A DNA stretch of 64,000 bases, from IMG/VR virus record IMGVR_UViG_3300008450_005828; one strand, written 5' to 3'. The notes below the pieces were generated by a model. That model was not told the DNA's origin, made no database searches, and saw only the letters and a list, made by a program, of their open reading frames with translations. The translations under genes and the position numbers were made by a program. The stretch comes from an uncultured virus (IMG/VR IMGVR_UViG_3300008450_005828). Its lineage: Duplodnaviria > Heunggongvirae > Uroviricota > Caudoviricetes. Positions 51,101 through 60,834 of the stretch are shown one piece after another. Each line of letters starts with the position of its first letter. The first letter of the stretch is position 1.

Positions 51101-51589
51101 TGCTGCATTTAGTATTTTAATAAACTGTTCAAACCAATCTGGATTAATGCTGTCATTCCAAACAATGCTTCTGCCACTGATGTTAACATTATTACTATCA
51201 ATTATGTTTTCTGTAGTGCTTACAGAAACTATTTTTAACAGTCCGTTAGCAGGTTGATTTCTTCTTGGGTTGTATGAAAGCAAACGTGCTAATCTTAGTA
51301 CACTTTCTCTACGTTCTGCTAATTCTAAAAAGTTTTCTCTCGAATTCAAATCCACACGGAAAGCAATGTTTTGACCAAGGAAAGCAATCATATCGATCAG
51401 CGCAAGATATTCGCTTGACTCAATATAGTCATTAAAATCCTCAGGATAATTAGTACGAAGATAATCAACCATTGTTCGACGTAGATTGTCAAAGTCATAT
51501 GATTTAAAATCTGCATTTTTAAAAGATTGATAAACTTTTTTCCAATCTTCGGCTAGCAATAATCTATTTTGTCTATCTGTAGAAGACAT
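48155..51589 (-). CDS. gp6: Baseplate wedge subunit (T4 gp6-like)
   Basis: DFDNLR..MVDYL...FNDY..SS...LIDMIA...ENFLELAERRESVLRLARLLSY.P; ES.ENIK.NAP..Y.TQNR.IT..DY. Confidence 0.8.
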   Translation of the reverse strand: MSSTDRQNRLLLAEDWKKVYQSFKNADFKSYDFDNLRRTMVDYLRTNYPEDFNDYIESSEYLALIDMIAFLGQNIAFRVDLNSRENFLELAERRESVLRLARLLSYNPRRNQPANGLLKIVSVSTTENIIDSNNVNISGRSIVWNDSINPDWFEQFIKILNAAMPVQNTFGRPIKLDSVAGIPTEQYRFAGTGTTVPVYAFTKSINNTSMEFEVVSAGVENGSIVEEPPLPENQLAFLYRDNGQGAGSNSTGFFLHFRQGSLQRGEFTIDFPVPNQKIDVDISNINDSDVWLYKLDANGNESELWTKVEAVEGNNIVYNSLAKNIKNIFSVLTRVDDRVSLVFSDGIFGNLPKGTFRSYYRTSINRDFTILPASITNVTLRIPYISRIGRTETLTIICELKVAVDNGASSESSENIKNNAPATYYTQNRLITGEDYNIGPLGVSQDIVKVKSVNRTASGISRYYDILDATGKYSKTNMFGTDGVLYREYLDEKSTFKFLTRTDIESVIENQITDILGDKNVRNFYLAEFPNQEYAELNLKWNLTTSDTNRSTGYIKDSSDIVYSVGSFTEGPLRFLEPGAMVKFIPETGKYFLPDGTTTTNPNAKNSSSYKWVKVVSVFENGTTVTTSGLGPIIFNDIIPNNSKLVQIKPKFVRDIVDDVIVDMIDQIFAYRTFGLRYDRENRQWAVITQENLNIVGDFSLGLAGDTTGQQQDSSWIVLFETDGSTYTVTYRTLRYVFESDAEIRFYFDSSKKIYDSKTGTIIKDKITVLNINNNVNSGTGTSPLTRDFDWEVTKEYRDTDGYVDSKKVEVAFFDSDDDGVIDDPQIFDEIVNTTTYIFNKKVVINNSEFLVYVNAETENIITVNSRAEINTTAENNPIFYIISTDTFEQLNSASRSLTTLYDYRAYTGRDVIKFQYIHASDENNRIDPSSTNIIDSYILTKQYDISFRQYLDGTVTSVPLPLSSDQLFRSYGEKINAIKSISDEIIYHPVKYKILFGSKSETSLQAVFKIVKNTERVVNDNDLKSRVITAINQFFNLDNWEFGETFYWSEMSAYIMKELSPDLSSIIIVPRASTSAFGSLYEVKSEADEIFISSATVDDVEVISAITADRIRSSGAIVTSSNVTNTGIQSGTDTTSTTGGFIY

Positions 51590-51641
51590 TAGCACTTTCC
51601 TTACTTTATACTATATTTATGAGATTTATAAAGTGCGTAGA

Positions 51642-52085
51642 TTAAAGTATGTTGTTTTGTCTATCAAACCTAAACTGTAAAAATTCGCTTATGCTGTAAT
51701 CAAGATAGGTTAATTCGCACTGTATTTGAATACCGGATTCATAGGTATCTACACTTATTTTATCAACTGTAACACGTGGATCATAACGAACAATGTCTGT
51801 AACATTTTTAACAATTGCTTGTTTTAATGAATCTGTTAATGGTTCATAAAGAACGTCCCAGATAATAGTACCAAAATCAGGACGTTCTAGTTTTTCACCT
51901 ATTCTTATATGAAAATGGTTAATTATATCTTGTTTGATTAATCCTAGATCATAACTTTTAAAATCTTTTGTGTCAGGATTTACAGTTGAAATACCACGAT
52001 AGGCTCTACTAGCAATAGGTTTATTAACAACCTGTTGAGATTGTATTTTAAGATTTTTATAAAGATTCTTTTCTAGCGAACTCAT
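51642..52085 (-). CDS. gp25: Baseplate wedge subunit (T4 gp25-like)
   Basis: IKQDIINHF...GEKLERPDFGT.IWD.LYEP...YDPRV. Confidence 0.85.
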   Translation of the reverse strand: MSSLEKNLYKNLKIQSQQVVNKPIASRAYRGISTVNPDTKDFKSYDLGLIKQDIINHFHIRIGEKLERPDFGTIIWDVLYEPLTDSLKQAIVKNVTDIVRYDPRVTVDKISVDTYESGIQIQCELTYLDYSISEFLQFRFDRQNNIL

Positions 52086-52093
52086 AGTAATAT

Positions 52094-52852
52094 TTATCGT
52101 GTGTTGCCATCTTTTGCTGTTGTGATTTCTCCAGTAACTGGTTTGTCAAAATCAGGAGGAATATCCCAGTTTCTTCTAACTTCTCTAACAAAAAGGTTTG
52201 ATCCAACTTCGTTATAGTTTGTGACATTAAAGTTATCGTCTTGATTTCCTCCAGCAATTTTCCAAATTTTTGTATTTGGATCAACACTTGCTAAAAATCC
52301 AACATGCCCTTTGCTAGGATCTGCTTTTTGTGTAAAAACAACAATATCATTTTTTCTTAGCGTACTGTAACCTCTCCAATTTACTGCTTTTCCAAACGAA
52401 GCATACTGTTGCGAGGATGCAGTTTTCAAAAATTCAGTACCTGCTTTACTCAAAATGTAAGTTACAAAACACGCACACCACGGATATGAACGTCCGTCAT
52501 TTGGTATTTCTTGATTTGCTGCTATGCGCCACGAATTGGCAATGTTTGGATTTGGCGGAGTGCCATTTTCGCCCCAACCGAGTTTTGCTGCTTCGCTTAA
52601 TGCATATTCTATTGAACCAAAAATTGTATCTTTAGGTGGGGGATTTGTTGGCGATTCATATGCAACAAATCCCCCACTGTTTCCCAAGCCTCCGTATGCA
52701 TTAGAATGCCCATAAGGTATATCAGTAGGACTTGCACTGCTGTTTATAGCACCTGCTGTGGTTCTAGAATTATATCTCGATAATTCTGCTGGATCAGATA
52801 CCCATCTTCTCGGCGATAATACTCTAGTTTGTGGTATAACTACTTGACACAT
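52094..52852 (-). CDS. CHAP/NlpC-P60-like peptidoglycan hydrolase (TIGR02594-like)
   Basis: PWCACFV (catalytic Cys), DIVVF, GHVGF (His), GGNQ. Confidence 0.75.
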   Translation of the reverse strand: MCQVVIPQTRVLSPRRWVSDPAELSRYNSRTTAGAINSSASPTDIPYGHSNAYGGLGNSGGFVAYESPTNPPPKDTIFGSIEYALSEAAKLGWGENGTPPNPNIANSWRIAANQEIPNDGRSYPWCACFVTYILSKAGTEFLKTASSQQYASFGKAVNWRGYSTLRKNDIVVFTQKADPSKGHVGFLASVDPNTKIWKIAGGNQDDNFNVTNYNEVGSNLFVREVRRNWDIPPDFDKPVTGEITTAKDGNTR

Positions 52853-55299
52853 TAAATAGGACCTCCTCCGGTATTATTAGATGTAGTACTTGTTGACGAA
52901 ACGTTTTGCAATGCAGCTCTTCCTAATGCATAATACTCGTCACCTGTTGTTCCGTATGCATCAGCACCACCTTCGCCATTACGCCACTTTTTCATGCCTC
53001 CTGCTCCTAGTAGGTGAGAGCCAGCAAGCATACCTGAAATAGTAAGTTTGTCATCACCTTCTCTAACACCGCCAACTCTTTTTAAAGTTTTTAAATTTCT
53101 GTTAGTATAGTCAAGCATTGCTTTTTCTTGAACTGTTGTATTAGCAAGCCATGCATCTCTAGAGGTTATACCATCTTTGCCTGTCCAATTTTCTGAAATT
53201 AACAATGCATTTTTTACACTATATTTTGCAGTAGTGCCTGGCTTTAGGTATCCTAAGTCTTCTAACGCTCCATCCCCAAATTGATACTTTCCAGAGAACC
53301 CAATCGAGTTAACTGCATCATAAGCATTGTTACTTTCTCGTTTACCAATTGCTCCAAGAAACGCTGCTGTTTCTGCCTTTGTAAATCCGTCGATAACACC
53401 AACAAGCTGACTTTCTGGCAACGGTTCTCCAGGTGTACCTCTATAAGCGTTGACATTCGGACTTCCGTCAAATGATTGGAAGCCACCTTCTGTGGTAGTG
53501 CCGTCGTATTGTGGGAAGTAAGTCGAGTTAACTGTTCCTGATGGTTGTTGTCTTGTTGGTGGTAAGAAAGTATCACTAGTCGGGATATTAAAGGAATTAA
53601 CTGCCTGTGATCCTGCTCTAGTTCTTTCAGGAGTATATGCTAGAGGGTTTAAATTCTCGTGCTGATACCAAGGTTCGTGATTTGGTTGTCTTGATGTTTG
53701 TAAGGCACGTTTAGGATCTAATGTATTTACTGGATCCGGAGCAGGCGGTAAAGTAGCAGGTAACGGCGACGGCGGTGTTGGTCCATTTAATTGAATGTCT
53801 GTGTTTGCTTTTAAAATAATATTTCCACCCGCATCAACACCTACTACACTTCCTGTTTTAATTAGAAAACGTTGACCTGTATCAAAGTTAATATCGCCTA
53901 CAGTAGAATTATAAATTGATCCTAATGCTTTGTTATGAATATCACCGTCTGTTGATATCTTTACTGCACTACAACCTTCAATGCCAATTATTCCCGTTGA
54001 TCCAATTGATACTCCTGCACCAAGTGCTGTAAAATCAGTGTTGGCTACAAGCGTTACACTAGAACCAGCATATCCTGCAATAAATTCTCCTGCTGTTTGA
54101 GATATACTATCTGCTGCATTAAGAGAATAAAAATTACCAGTTGTCATACTAATACTATCACCAGTATCTATTCTAAGTTCTTTACCAACAACAAAATTCA
54201 TATTTTCGTATGCAGTGAAATTGATGTCTCTATCAGCTGTAAAATTTAAATCATTGTTTGTGTGTACACTAACACTATCAAACGCATAGATGTCAATTTT
54301 ACCGTTGGATGTTAATTCAATCCAAGCAGTACCTCTAGCATTTGATATATAAATCAAGTCTTCAGTATTATGCATTAATATTTGATGACCGGTTCTAGTA
54401 CGAAGTCTAAATAGTTCATTTGCAGGTAATGTCGGATCTCCGTCTGTTTGATTTACTTTTAAGTTTGCGTATTCCTGTGGAGTATCTTTAGCGTGACCTT
54501 TGCGAAGAATTTTTTCATCTCCGTCATCCATAACAATACTATGCCCGCCAAGTCTGCTTGAAAAAAACAATTTTTCAGAATCTACGGTGCCTCGTGGAAC
54601 TTTAGGTGCATTGGATCTTTTATCTAAAGGTCCTGGTGTGCTCATACCATAAACATTGCTAGGAACTTCGCGTCTTGCACTGCTTGATGTAAGTCCTCTG
54701 ACATCGTCTTCAACAAGACCTTGTTCTTCCATACGCTTTAAATAATCGTCGTTTACAGGTCTAGGATAATATGTCGGCTGTGCTTGTCCTTGTGGATCAA
54801 TTAGATGTTTGTTGTATTCGCCAACTGGAAGTTTTTTACCTTTGTAATATTCAGGAACACTTCCTGTAGTGTTCGAAGTTGCTGCTCTGCCGTCAGGAAT
54901 CATAAAATTCATAAAGTCGTCCTGCACACATGCAAACCAAAATCCAAAGTCTCGGCGACCTTCTACAAAAGTTACTAAAACTTTAGATCCTACATCAGGT
55001 GGAACAGCCCAAAAACCGTAACTTTTTTGAGTGTTAGAATAGTTGTCAGCGCCGCCTGCACCATATATCGGTGTTGCTCCCGAAAAAGGCGAAGCATATT
55101 GCACTGTAACAATTTCACCATCTTGAGAATCGTTATCTGCTGACGATGTTGTTCTTAAAAGTTGAACTTTTAAGCCTCCCATAAATGTTTGATCAAGATG
55201 ACCAATAACTTTTGCCAAGAACGGACCAGCAGTACCTGTGTTTACCAATTCTTGTGTTGTTCTACTTGTCTTTGTTCTTATTTGACGTGGAGATATCAT
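52852..55299 (-). CDS. gp5: Baseplate hub/spike protein (gp5/VgrG-like) with C-terminal lysozyme-like domain
   Basis: OB-fold region (YGFWAVPPDVGSKVLVTF), RTRTGHQILM, beta-helix repeats, C-terminal RES..Y...N..G..GKYQFG. Confidence 0.7.
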   Translation of the reverse strand: MISPRQIRTKTSRTTQELVNTGTAGPFLAKVIGHLDQTFMGGLKVQLLRTTSSADNDSQDGEIVTVQYASPFSGATPIYGAGGADNYSNTQKSYGFWAVPPDVGSKVLVTFVEGRRDFGFWFACVQDDFMNFMIPDGRAATSNTTGSVPEYYKGKKLPVGEYNKHLIDPQGQAQPTYYPRPVNDDYLKRMEEQGLVEDDVRGLTSSSARREVPSNVYGMSTPGPLDKRSNAPKVPRGTVDSEKLFFSSRLGGHSIVMDDGDEKILRKGHAKDTPQEYANLKVNQTDGDPTLPANELFRLRTRTGHQILMHNTEDLIYISNARGTAWIELTSNGKIDIYAFDSVSVHTNNDLNFTADRDINFTAYENMNFVVGKELRIDTGDSISMTTGNFYSLNAADSISQTAGEFIAGYAGSSVTLVANTDFTALGAGVSIGSTGIIGIEGCSAVKISTDGDIHNKALGSIYNSTVGDINFDTGQRFLIKTGSVVGVDAGGNIILKANTDIQLNGPTPPSPLPATLPPAPDPVNTLDPKRALQTSRQPNHEPWYQHENLNPLAYTPERTRAGSQAVNSFNIPTSDTFLPPTRQQPSGTVNSTYFPQYDGTTTEGGFQSFDGSPNVNAYRGTPGEPLPESQLVGVIDGFTKAETAAFLGAIGKRESNNAYDAVNSIGFSGKYQFGDGALEDLGYLKPGTTAKYSVKNALLISENWTGKDGITSRDAWLANTTVQEKAMLDYTNRNLKTLKRVGGVREGDDKLTISGMLAGSHLLGAGGMKKWRNGEGGADAYGTTGDEYYALGRAALQNVSSTSTTSNNTGGGPI

Positions 55300-55311
55300 T
55301 TATTTGCCTCT

Positions 55312-57696
55312 TTATTGTATTCCAAATTTAGTTGGATCACCTGGTGTAAATTTTGATGGTTGAATATTTTTTGGTGGCGCAATAGAACCGTTTTTATTAA
55401 TTTGACTAGCGGCTGTTTCTGGATTGTTAACAAAACTTTCAAAACTACCAAATGTACCTTGTAATGCAGTAACTGGATTTTTTAACTGTTGTCCGATATT
55501 TTGCGAAAGTTCGGTTAAAGAGCCTTGTGGATTTTGTAATACCGACAATGCTTGTTTAATATTAGATTGTATTTTTTGCCCTGTTTCAATTAAGTCTTGT
55601 GCTTGTCCAAATAGTTGAAAAACTTGTGTTCCTAACAATTTTTCAATGCCTGCAAGATTCAATTGTCCAATTCTTGTAAATTTTAAAAATTCTTCTGGCT
55701 TACCTTTAATAAGTGAATTAAATGCAGATTGTACGTCCTCAGATAAAACATCAATTGCGTCAGTAATAGCAGATGTATCTAAATTACTCGAAAATGCCTG
55801 TACTAGCGAATTAGAAACTTCAACAGTTTCAGTTTGTTGATTTGGTCTACGAAGTAATGTTAGTTCTTGTGTAAACTGACCTTTACTAAACGTCGACACT
55901 AAATTAATTACTCGATATAAACCGTTGAATGCAACTACAGGGTCAATTGGCATTAGATTATTTTTTGCATAATCAATACCACTGTTAAAACTTAATAGCA
56001 CATCGATTTCAGAACGTTGATAGTCAATTGTTTTATCAGAGTTAATATATTGACCTGCTGGACCAGCACGATAATTTCCAGCATCGCTGTCTGCTAGATA
56101 ATACGGATCACCCCAGATTCGTAGTTTTAATTCAACGTTATCAACATCACTGTTTAAAACAAGCAAGTTAAACAGATTTGCAGTACGCATTTCATTTGTG
56201 TCGATTCCAGCGCCTGCGGTTCTTGTAGTTTCTTGTGTTATAGGAGCAATTTTTTGTTGCGGTCCACTTCTTCCCTTTGATTCAAATCCTGGACCGGAAC
56301 TTACATCATAGTCCTGTCTATCTCTGTTAGGAGCAACAACATATGCTGTATTAGAATCAATTCCAGATTGTAGATTTACAAAAGGCTTAAAAAATGCACT
56401 ATTAACAAAAAATTCAAAGTCAATAATGTCTGTGTTTTTTCCAGTATACGAATAGTAATATGCTTTAACACAATCATTGATATTAGGAACGTAGTTATAT
56501 GGAGTTGAGGGTTCTTGAAACTTACTACTGTGTATTTTCCAAGGAATAACATCGTAGATATATCTAAATGCTGGTTTGCCACTGTTTTGCATTTCTTCTG
56601 TGCTGATTATTTCTAACTTGGCATCTATTCTAAACCAGTCAACCATACCTTTGGCATCTGGCTGTCTTTCTAATAGACCTTGTCCCCAAGTACTTGTTAA
56701 AATAACATCGTTAATGATTTGTTCAATTTTAGAACCTTCATTAAAGTAAAAAACTCTTGAACTTTTATCAACAGCAAAATTTTCAAACTGAACTGTCTGA
56801 TCATCCATAGACACTGCTTCTAAGCCAAAAAGATTTTTACCTAATTCACTAAAATCTTTGATAATTGTACTGCTTCCGATATAGTTTGTTCCCCCGGAAA
56901 CTGCACTTGTAACAGCACCCATTGATATAAAAGAAGAAACTATATCGTTTGATTTTCCGTACCCAGATGTAGTACCTTCATTTGGATCAGGAAAACGTAT
57001 TACATATTCGTCCTCAACCTTTTTTTGATTTAGTACAACTTTTTCAAGTTCTTGTCTATTCAGTGTTTCGCACAAATTATTCAGTTTAGAAGCAACTGTA
57101 AGTCCATACATTTCAACATTTGTTCTTATGTTTTGCACTTCATCAGTAAAAGCAATGTGATTATAAGGAATTGCAGATATATTATAAACTGTACCGCCGG
57201 AATCAACTTTAAATTTACAATCAATTAATTTTATAACCAAAGTTCTTTTTTCGACTATTACAGGAGTATCAGAATCTGGTGTCCATCCAACAAAATCGCA
57301 GGTCAAAAAGAAAGGTGCTTCAAGGTATGAATTCTTTGTATATCCTCCCATCTCTGCGCCAACTACCAATGACTGAAAAAATAGACCAATACTGTAGGGT
57401 TCTGTTACTGTAAAGTCAATGCTAATTGCACTAGAAACACCTGTGGTAGGGTTAGGCGAAATCAACGATTCTATGTTAATGTCATCAATAAAAAATTCTA
57501 AATTTATTCCTAATTTATTTTCAATGTCAGTTTTAACAGGTTTGTTAGGAAGACCACCAGATTGAATTATTACTAAATTGCCGCCTGTATCTTTATAGGT
57601 ACTAGGATTTTGTAATTCACCAGCGGCTATTACCCCAAACGACCAACGATAGTTGTATGATTTGTATTGATGTAGAGGATTTTTTAATAATGCCAT
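55312..57696 (-). CDS. Putative baseplate hub protein (gp27-like position)
   Basis: L.IWGDPY...GLYRV....S.F..G.F.Q.L.L C-terminal hub-like motif; lies between gp53-like and gp5-like genes. Confidence 0.5.
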   Translation of the reverse strand: MALLKNPLHQYKSYNYRWSFGVIAAGELQNPSTYKDTGGNLVIIQSGGLPNKPVKTDIENKLGINLEFFIDDINIESLISPNPTTGVSSAISIDFTVTEPYSIGLFFQSLVVGAEMGGYTKNSYLEAPFFLTCDFVGWTPDSDTPVIVEKRTLVIKLIDCKFKVDSGGTVYNISAIPYNHIAFTDEVQNIRTNVEMYGLTVASKLNNLCETLNRQELEKVVLNQKKVEDEYVIRFPDPNEGTTSGYGKSNDIVSSFISMGAVTSAVSGGTNYIGSSTIIKDFSELGKNLFGLEAVSMDDQTVQFENFAVDKSSRVFYFNEGSKIEQIINDVILTSTWGQGLLERQPDAKGMVDWFRIDAKLEIISTEEMQNSGKPAFRYIYDVIPWKIHSSKFQEPSTPYNYVPNINDCVKAYYYSYTGKNTDIIDFEFFVNSAFFKPFVNLQSGIDSNTAYVVAPNRDRQDYDVSSGPGFESKGRSGPQQKIAPITQETTRTAGAGIDTNEMRTANLFNLLVLNSDVDNVELKLRIWGDPYYLADSDAGNYRAGPAGQYINSDKTIDYQRSEIDVLLSFNSGIDYAKNNLMPIDPVVAFNGLYRVINLVSTFSKGQFTQELTLLRRPNQQTETVEVSNSLVQAFSSNLDTSAITDAIDVLSEDVQSAFNSLIKGKPEEFLKFTRIGQLNLAGIEKLLGTQVFQLFGQAQDLIETGQKIQSNIKQALSVLQNPQGSLTELSQNIGQQLKNPVTALQGTFGSFESFVNNPETAASQINKNGSIAPPKNIQPSKFTPGDPTKFGIQ

Positions 57697-57697
57697 T

Positions 57698-58000
57698 TTA
57701 AATTCCTATAATACTGCTCAACAACGAACCTTTTGGCAAATATATTTTGTTTCCAGGTACAAAGTCAAAGACAGGATCCTTAAGAACATCCATGTTTCTA
57801 ACTGCAAAGACCCACCATAGTTTAGCACTTCCATAAAGGTCAAATGCCAGTAGGTCAGGTCTGTAAGTGTACTGAGGTTGTATTTCGTACAAGATATCGT
57901 CGTCTCTTGCTGGAATATTTCTCTTGGTATAAATTCCCAAGTAGTTGTTTTGAACTATTTCTGTTTTGAACCACGGGCTGGTATTTGAATATTCAACCAT
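57698..58000 (-). CDS. Baseplate wedge protein, gp53/LysM-like
   Basis: YRPDLLAFDLYGSAKLWWVFAVRN...IYLP. Confidence 0.7.
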   Translation of the reverse strand: MVEYSNTSPWFKTEIVQNNYLGIYTKRNIPARDDDILYEIQPQYTYRPDLLAFDLYGSAKLWWVFAVRNMDVLKDPVFDFVPGNKIYLPKGSLLSSIIGI

Positions 58001-58860
58001 TAGATAAATCCTCTGTCACTGCCAATGTATCCACCTTTGGCAAATTCATCAAGATTAAATTTGCTTACTTCGTCTCTGCTGTATGTTGGCGATACTGTAA
58101 CGTTTAATCTGCTTAGTGTAGGAACATAGGTATATGAACTTGTTGTATTATCTGTTGATGCTCCTTCAACCACCGGAACTTTAATATAATCAACCGAATC
58201 AGGGAGGTCCATGGAAAATAATTTTACAACCACTGGCACTCTATTAAAAATAAAGTCTCCATAGCCACTCAAATAAACCAACGGAGGTGGCGAACCTCTG
58301 TTTGGCGATTCACCATAGAACATTTTAGTAACACTTCTTAAGAAATGTACCGATGCCATCCAGTATCTACCGTCGGCTTCGTTTTCAACTGGCCATTCAG
58401 CAGTAATAGTAATGTCTTCAACTGCACTATTTTGGTATGTAGGAAATGGATAATTAGTATGTACAGGAGCAAGTGTATTGTAGTTTGCAGTATGGCTAAC
58501 TAAAATCTGTGGAGTAGTAGGAAATACCATACTTTTGTTTGATGTTACTAGAGGAGCTAAAATTGATGACGACGAAAATGAATCAATTTCCGGTAAATGA
58601 ATTCTAACTCGCCAATCTTCGCTAGCAGTTTGTGATGCAGCACTGTAAGAACTGTACGATCTTATAGTATCATTGAATTCTGCTCCTACTGGAAGATTAC
58701 CCAGTCGATTTTGTGAAATAAACTTTGTAGGATTTGTAAAATCTTGAATTGTTCGTTTAATATTGCTTTCAAAATTATTAACAAAGTTTATTGCACTACC
58801 AATTTTATTAGCAGTGGAACTGACTTTGTTAACTAATTTGCTTAAACCTGATAATGACAT
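58000..58860 (-). CDS. Tail-tube-fold baseplate protein (gp48/gp54-like)
   Basis: FP.TP.I, PPP.VYL.GYG...F..VPVVV motif; GGAG RBS before ATG 58860. Confidence 0.5.
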   Translation of the reverse strand: MSLSGLSKLVNKVSSTANKIGSAINFVNNFESNIKRTIQDFTNPTKFISQNRLGNLPVGAEFNDTIRSYSSYSAASQTASEDWRVRIHLPEIDSFSSSSILAPLVTSNKSMVFPTTPQILVSHTANYNTLAPVHTNYPFPTYQNSAVEDITITAEWPVENEADGRYWMASVHFLRSVTKMFYGESPNRGSPPPLVYLSGYGDFIFNRVPVVVKLFSMDLPDSVDYIKVPVVEGASTDNTTSSYTYVPTLSRLNVTVSPTYSRDEVSKFNLDEFAKGGYIGSDRGFI

Positions 58861-58878
58861 TTTCGAATACTCCACATA

Positions 58879-58914
58879 TATTTAGTTGACAAAATTAACT
58901 ACGTAGTTTAAAAT
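58879..58914. promoter_or_regulatory. Divergent control region: late TAAATA (minus) and sigma70 promoter (plus) with a palindromic spacer
   Basis: TAAATA on minus at 58879-58884; TTGACA 58886-58891, 17 nt spacer, TAAAAT 58909-58914; palindrome AACTACGTAGTT at 58897-58908. Confidence 0.7.
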
Positions 58915-58937
58915 AAATTATACTTCTAGGAGAAAAA

Positions 58938-59762
58938 ATGAAGAAAGTAAACTATCTTAATAACAAGGATATGCTTTTAGAAATACATAAATCAAAAAAT
59001 ACTTTTTCGAGTTTTGTAGAATCTGAATATGCGGATTATGATATTATACTACCCAGTATAGATAAAATAAACATACGAACCATTGCTGAAGCAAAGAAAA
59101 ATAGAGCAAAAAAACTATCGTCGGAAGCATACGAAAAAGAAAAGACTGCTGGAAACAAAGTTAAACTAGCAGATGTCGAAATAGATTACAAAAAAATAGA
59201 AAAAAAAGATTTAATTTTTCGTATTACAACATATGACCATATTCCTGACGAAGCAGGTCGTAAGAAAAATCCAAAAACCATAGCCGATGGAAAAACAAAG
59301 TTAAACTTCCCTCCATTTCAACATTGGAAATTCAACGACAACGACGAATTAATCTGTGTAGGCAAAAGTCACTGGTCTGGCGGTATGGAAAACGGACATT
59401 TTAGTAAAGATCACGGCCGTGCAACCAATAAACTTGCTCTTATGTGGATGAAACTCTGTGATAGATACGCTACACGCGGTAACGTTCGTGGTTATACCTA
59501 CAACGATGAGATGAAAGGGCAAGCAATCCTGCAACTTTCACAGATTGGCCTTCAATTTGACGAATCTAAATCGCAAAATCCGTTTGCTTACTACACTGCT
59601 GCCGTCACAAACAGTTTTGTTCGTGTTATTAACATCGAAAAGCGTAATCAGAACATAAGAGACGACATTTTAGAAATGAATAACTTGAATCCTAGTTTTA
59701 CTAGACAAAGTGCAGGCGAATTTGAAGCAGGACTCAAACGTTTTAACGACAGTCATGAATAA
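58938..59762 (+). CDS. gp55: Late-transcription sigma factor (T4 gp55-like)
   Basis: YLNNKDML; RGYTYNDEM...FDESKSQNPFAYYT...SF.R.I..EK; syntenic with gp47/gp46. Confidence 0.85.
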   Translation: MKKVNYLNNKDMLLEIHKSKNTFSSFVESEYADYDIILPSIDKINIRTIAEAKKNRAKKLSSEAYEKEKTAGNKVKLADVEIDYKKIEKKDLIFRITTYDHIPDEAGRKKNPKTIADGKTKLNFPPFQHWKFNDNDELICVGKSHWSGGMENGHFSKDHGRATNKLALMWMKLCDRYATRGNVRGYTYNDEMKGQAILQLSQIGLQFDESKSQNPFAYYTAAVTNSFVRVINIEKRNQNIRDDILEMNNLNPSFTRQSAGEFEAGLKRFNDSHE

Positions 59763-59769
59763 AAACGTG

Positions 59770-59798
59770 TTGACAATCAACGAGTTAGACTTTATACT
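59770..59798 (+). promoter_or_regulatory. Sigma70-type promoter for gp47-gp46
   Basis: TTGACA (59770-59775), 17 nt spacer, TATACT (59793-59798); GGAG RBS follows. Confidence 0.75.
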
Positions 59799-59823
59799 AA
59801 AAAACAATACGGAGTAATAAATT

Positions 59824-60834
59824 TTGTTTAAGAAAGCCGCTGTATTCACCGACATCCACTATGGTATGAAGGGCAATTCGCGTGTTCATAATCAAGATTG
59901 CGAGGATTTTGTTGATTGGTTCATTAAAACTGCTAAAGAAAACGGTTGTGAAACCGGAATCTTTTGTGGTGATTGGAATCACAACAGAAACAGTCTCAAT
60001 CTAACTACTATGGACAGTGGTTTACGTTCATTGGAAAAACTTGGTCAAGCATTTGATCAATTTTTTATGTTTGCAGGCAACCATGATCTCTACTACAAAG
60101 ATAAAAGAGATGTAAAGTCAACCGAATTTGCAAAACACATACCCGGAGTTACTGTGGTCAATGATGTTCTTGTAAAAGATGATGTTGCCCTAGTGCCTTG
60201 GCTAGTAGGCGAGGAATGGAAACGTATCAGCAAAATCAAAGCACGATACATGTTTGGACATTTTGAACTTCCTAGTTTTTACATGAACGCAATGGTTCAA
60301 ATGCCCGATCACGGCGAACTTAAATCAGAACACTTTGTGAATCAAGACTATGTGTTCAGTGGACACTTCCATAAAAGACAGGTTCAAGGTAAAATTCATT
60401 ACATCGGCAATGCGTTTCCGCACAACTATGCCGATTCGTGGGATGATGCACGTGGAATGATGATTCTAGATCGCGAAAACAATCAGGAACCTGAGTACAT
60501 CAACTGGCCAGATGCTCCAAAGTACCGTACAATTGCACTTTCGCAGTTGATTGATCAGAAAGACACACTGCTAAAGAGCAAAATGTATCTTCGTGTTACT
60601 ATCGATATTCCAATTTCGTTTGAAGAAGCAAATTTTATTAAAGAAACATTTATAAAAGAATACGATTGCAGAGAAATTACGCTTATTCCACAGAAACAAC
60701 TCGACGAAATGACGTCAGACATTGATATTGCTAAGTTTGAAAGCGTAGATCAAATTGTTTCCAATGAAATTCTTGCAATTGACAGTGACAATTTCGATAA
60801 GTCACTGCTACTAAACATCTATAGTGAACTATGA
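59824..60834 (+). CDS. gp47: Recombination nuclease subunit, Mre11/SbcD-like
   Basis: Metallophosphoesterase motifs DIH.G, GD, GNHD, GHF, SGHFH. Confidence 0.9.
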   Translation: MFKKAAVFTDIHYGMKGNSRVHNQDCEDFVDWFIKTAKENGCETGIFCGDWNHNRNSLNLTTMDSGLRSLEKLGQAFDQFFMFAGNHDLYYKDKRDVKSTEFAKHIPGVTVVNDVLVKDDVALVPWLVGEEWKRISKIKARYMFGHFELPSFYMNAMVQMPDHGELKSEHFVNQDYVFSGHFHKRQVQGKIHYIGNAFPHNYADSWDDARGMMILDRENNQEPEYINWPDAPKYRTIALSQLIDQKDTLLKSKMYLRVTIDIPISFEEANFIKETFIKEYDCREITLIPQKQLDEMTSDIDIAKFESVDQIVSNEILAIDSDNFDKSLLLNIYSEL

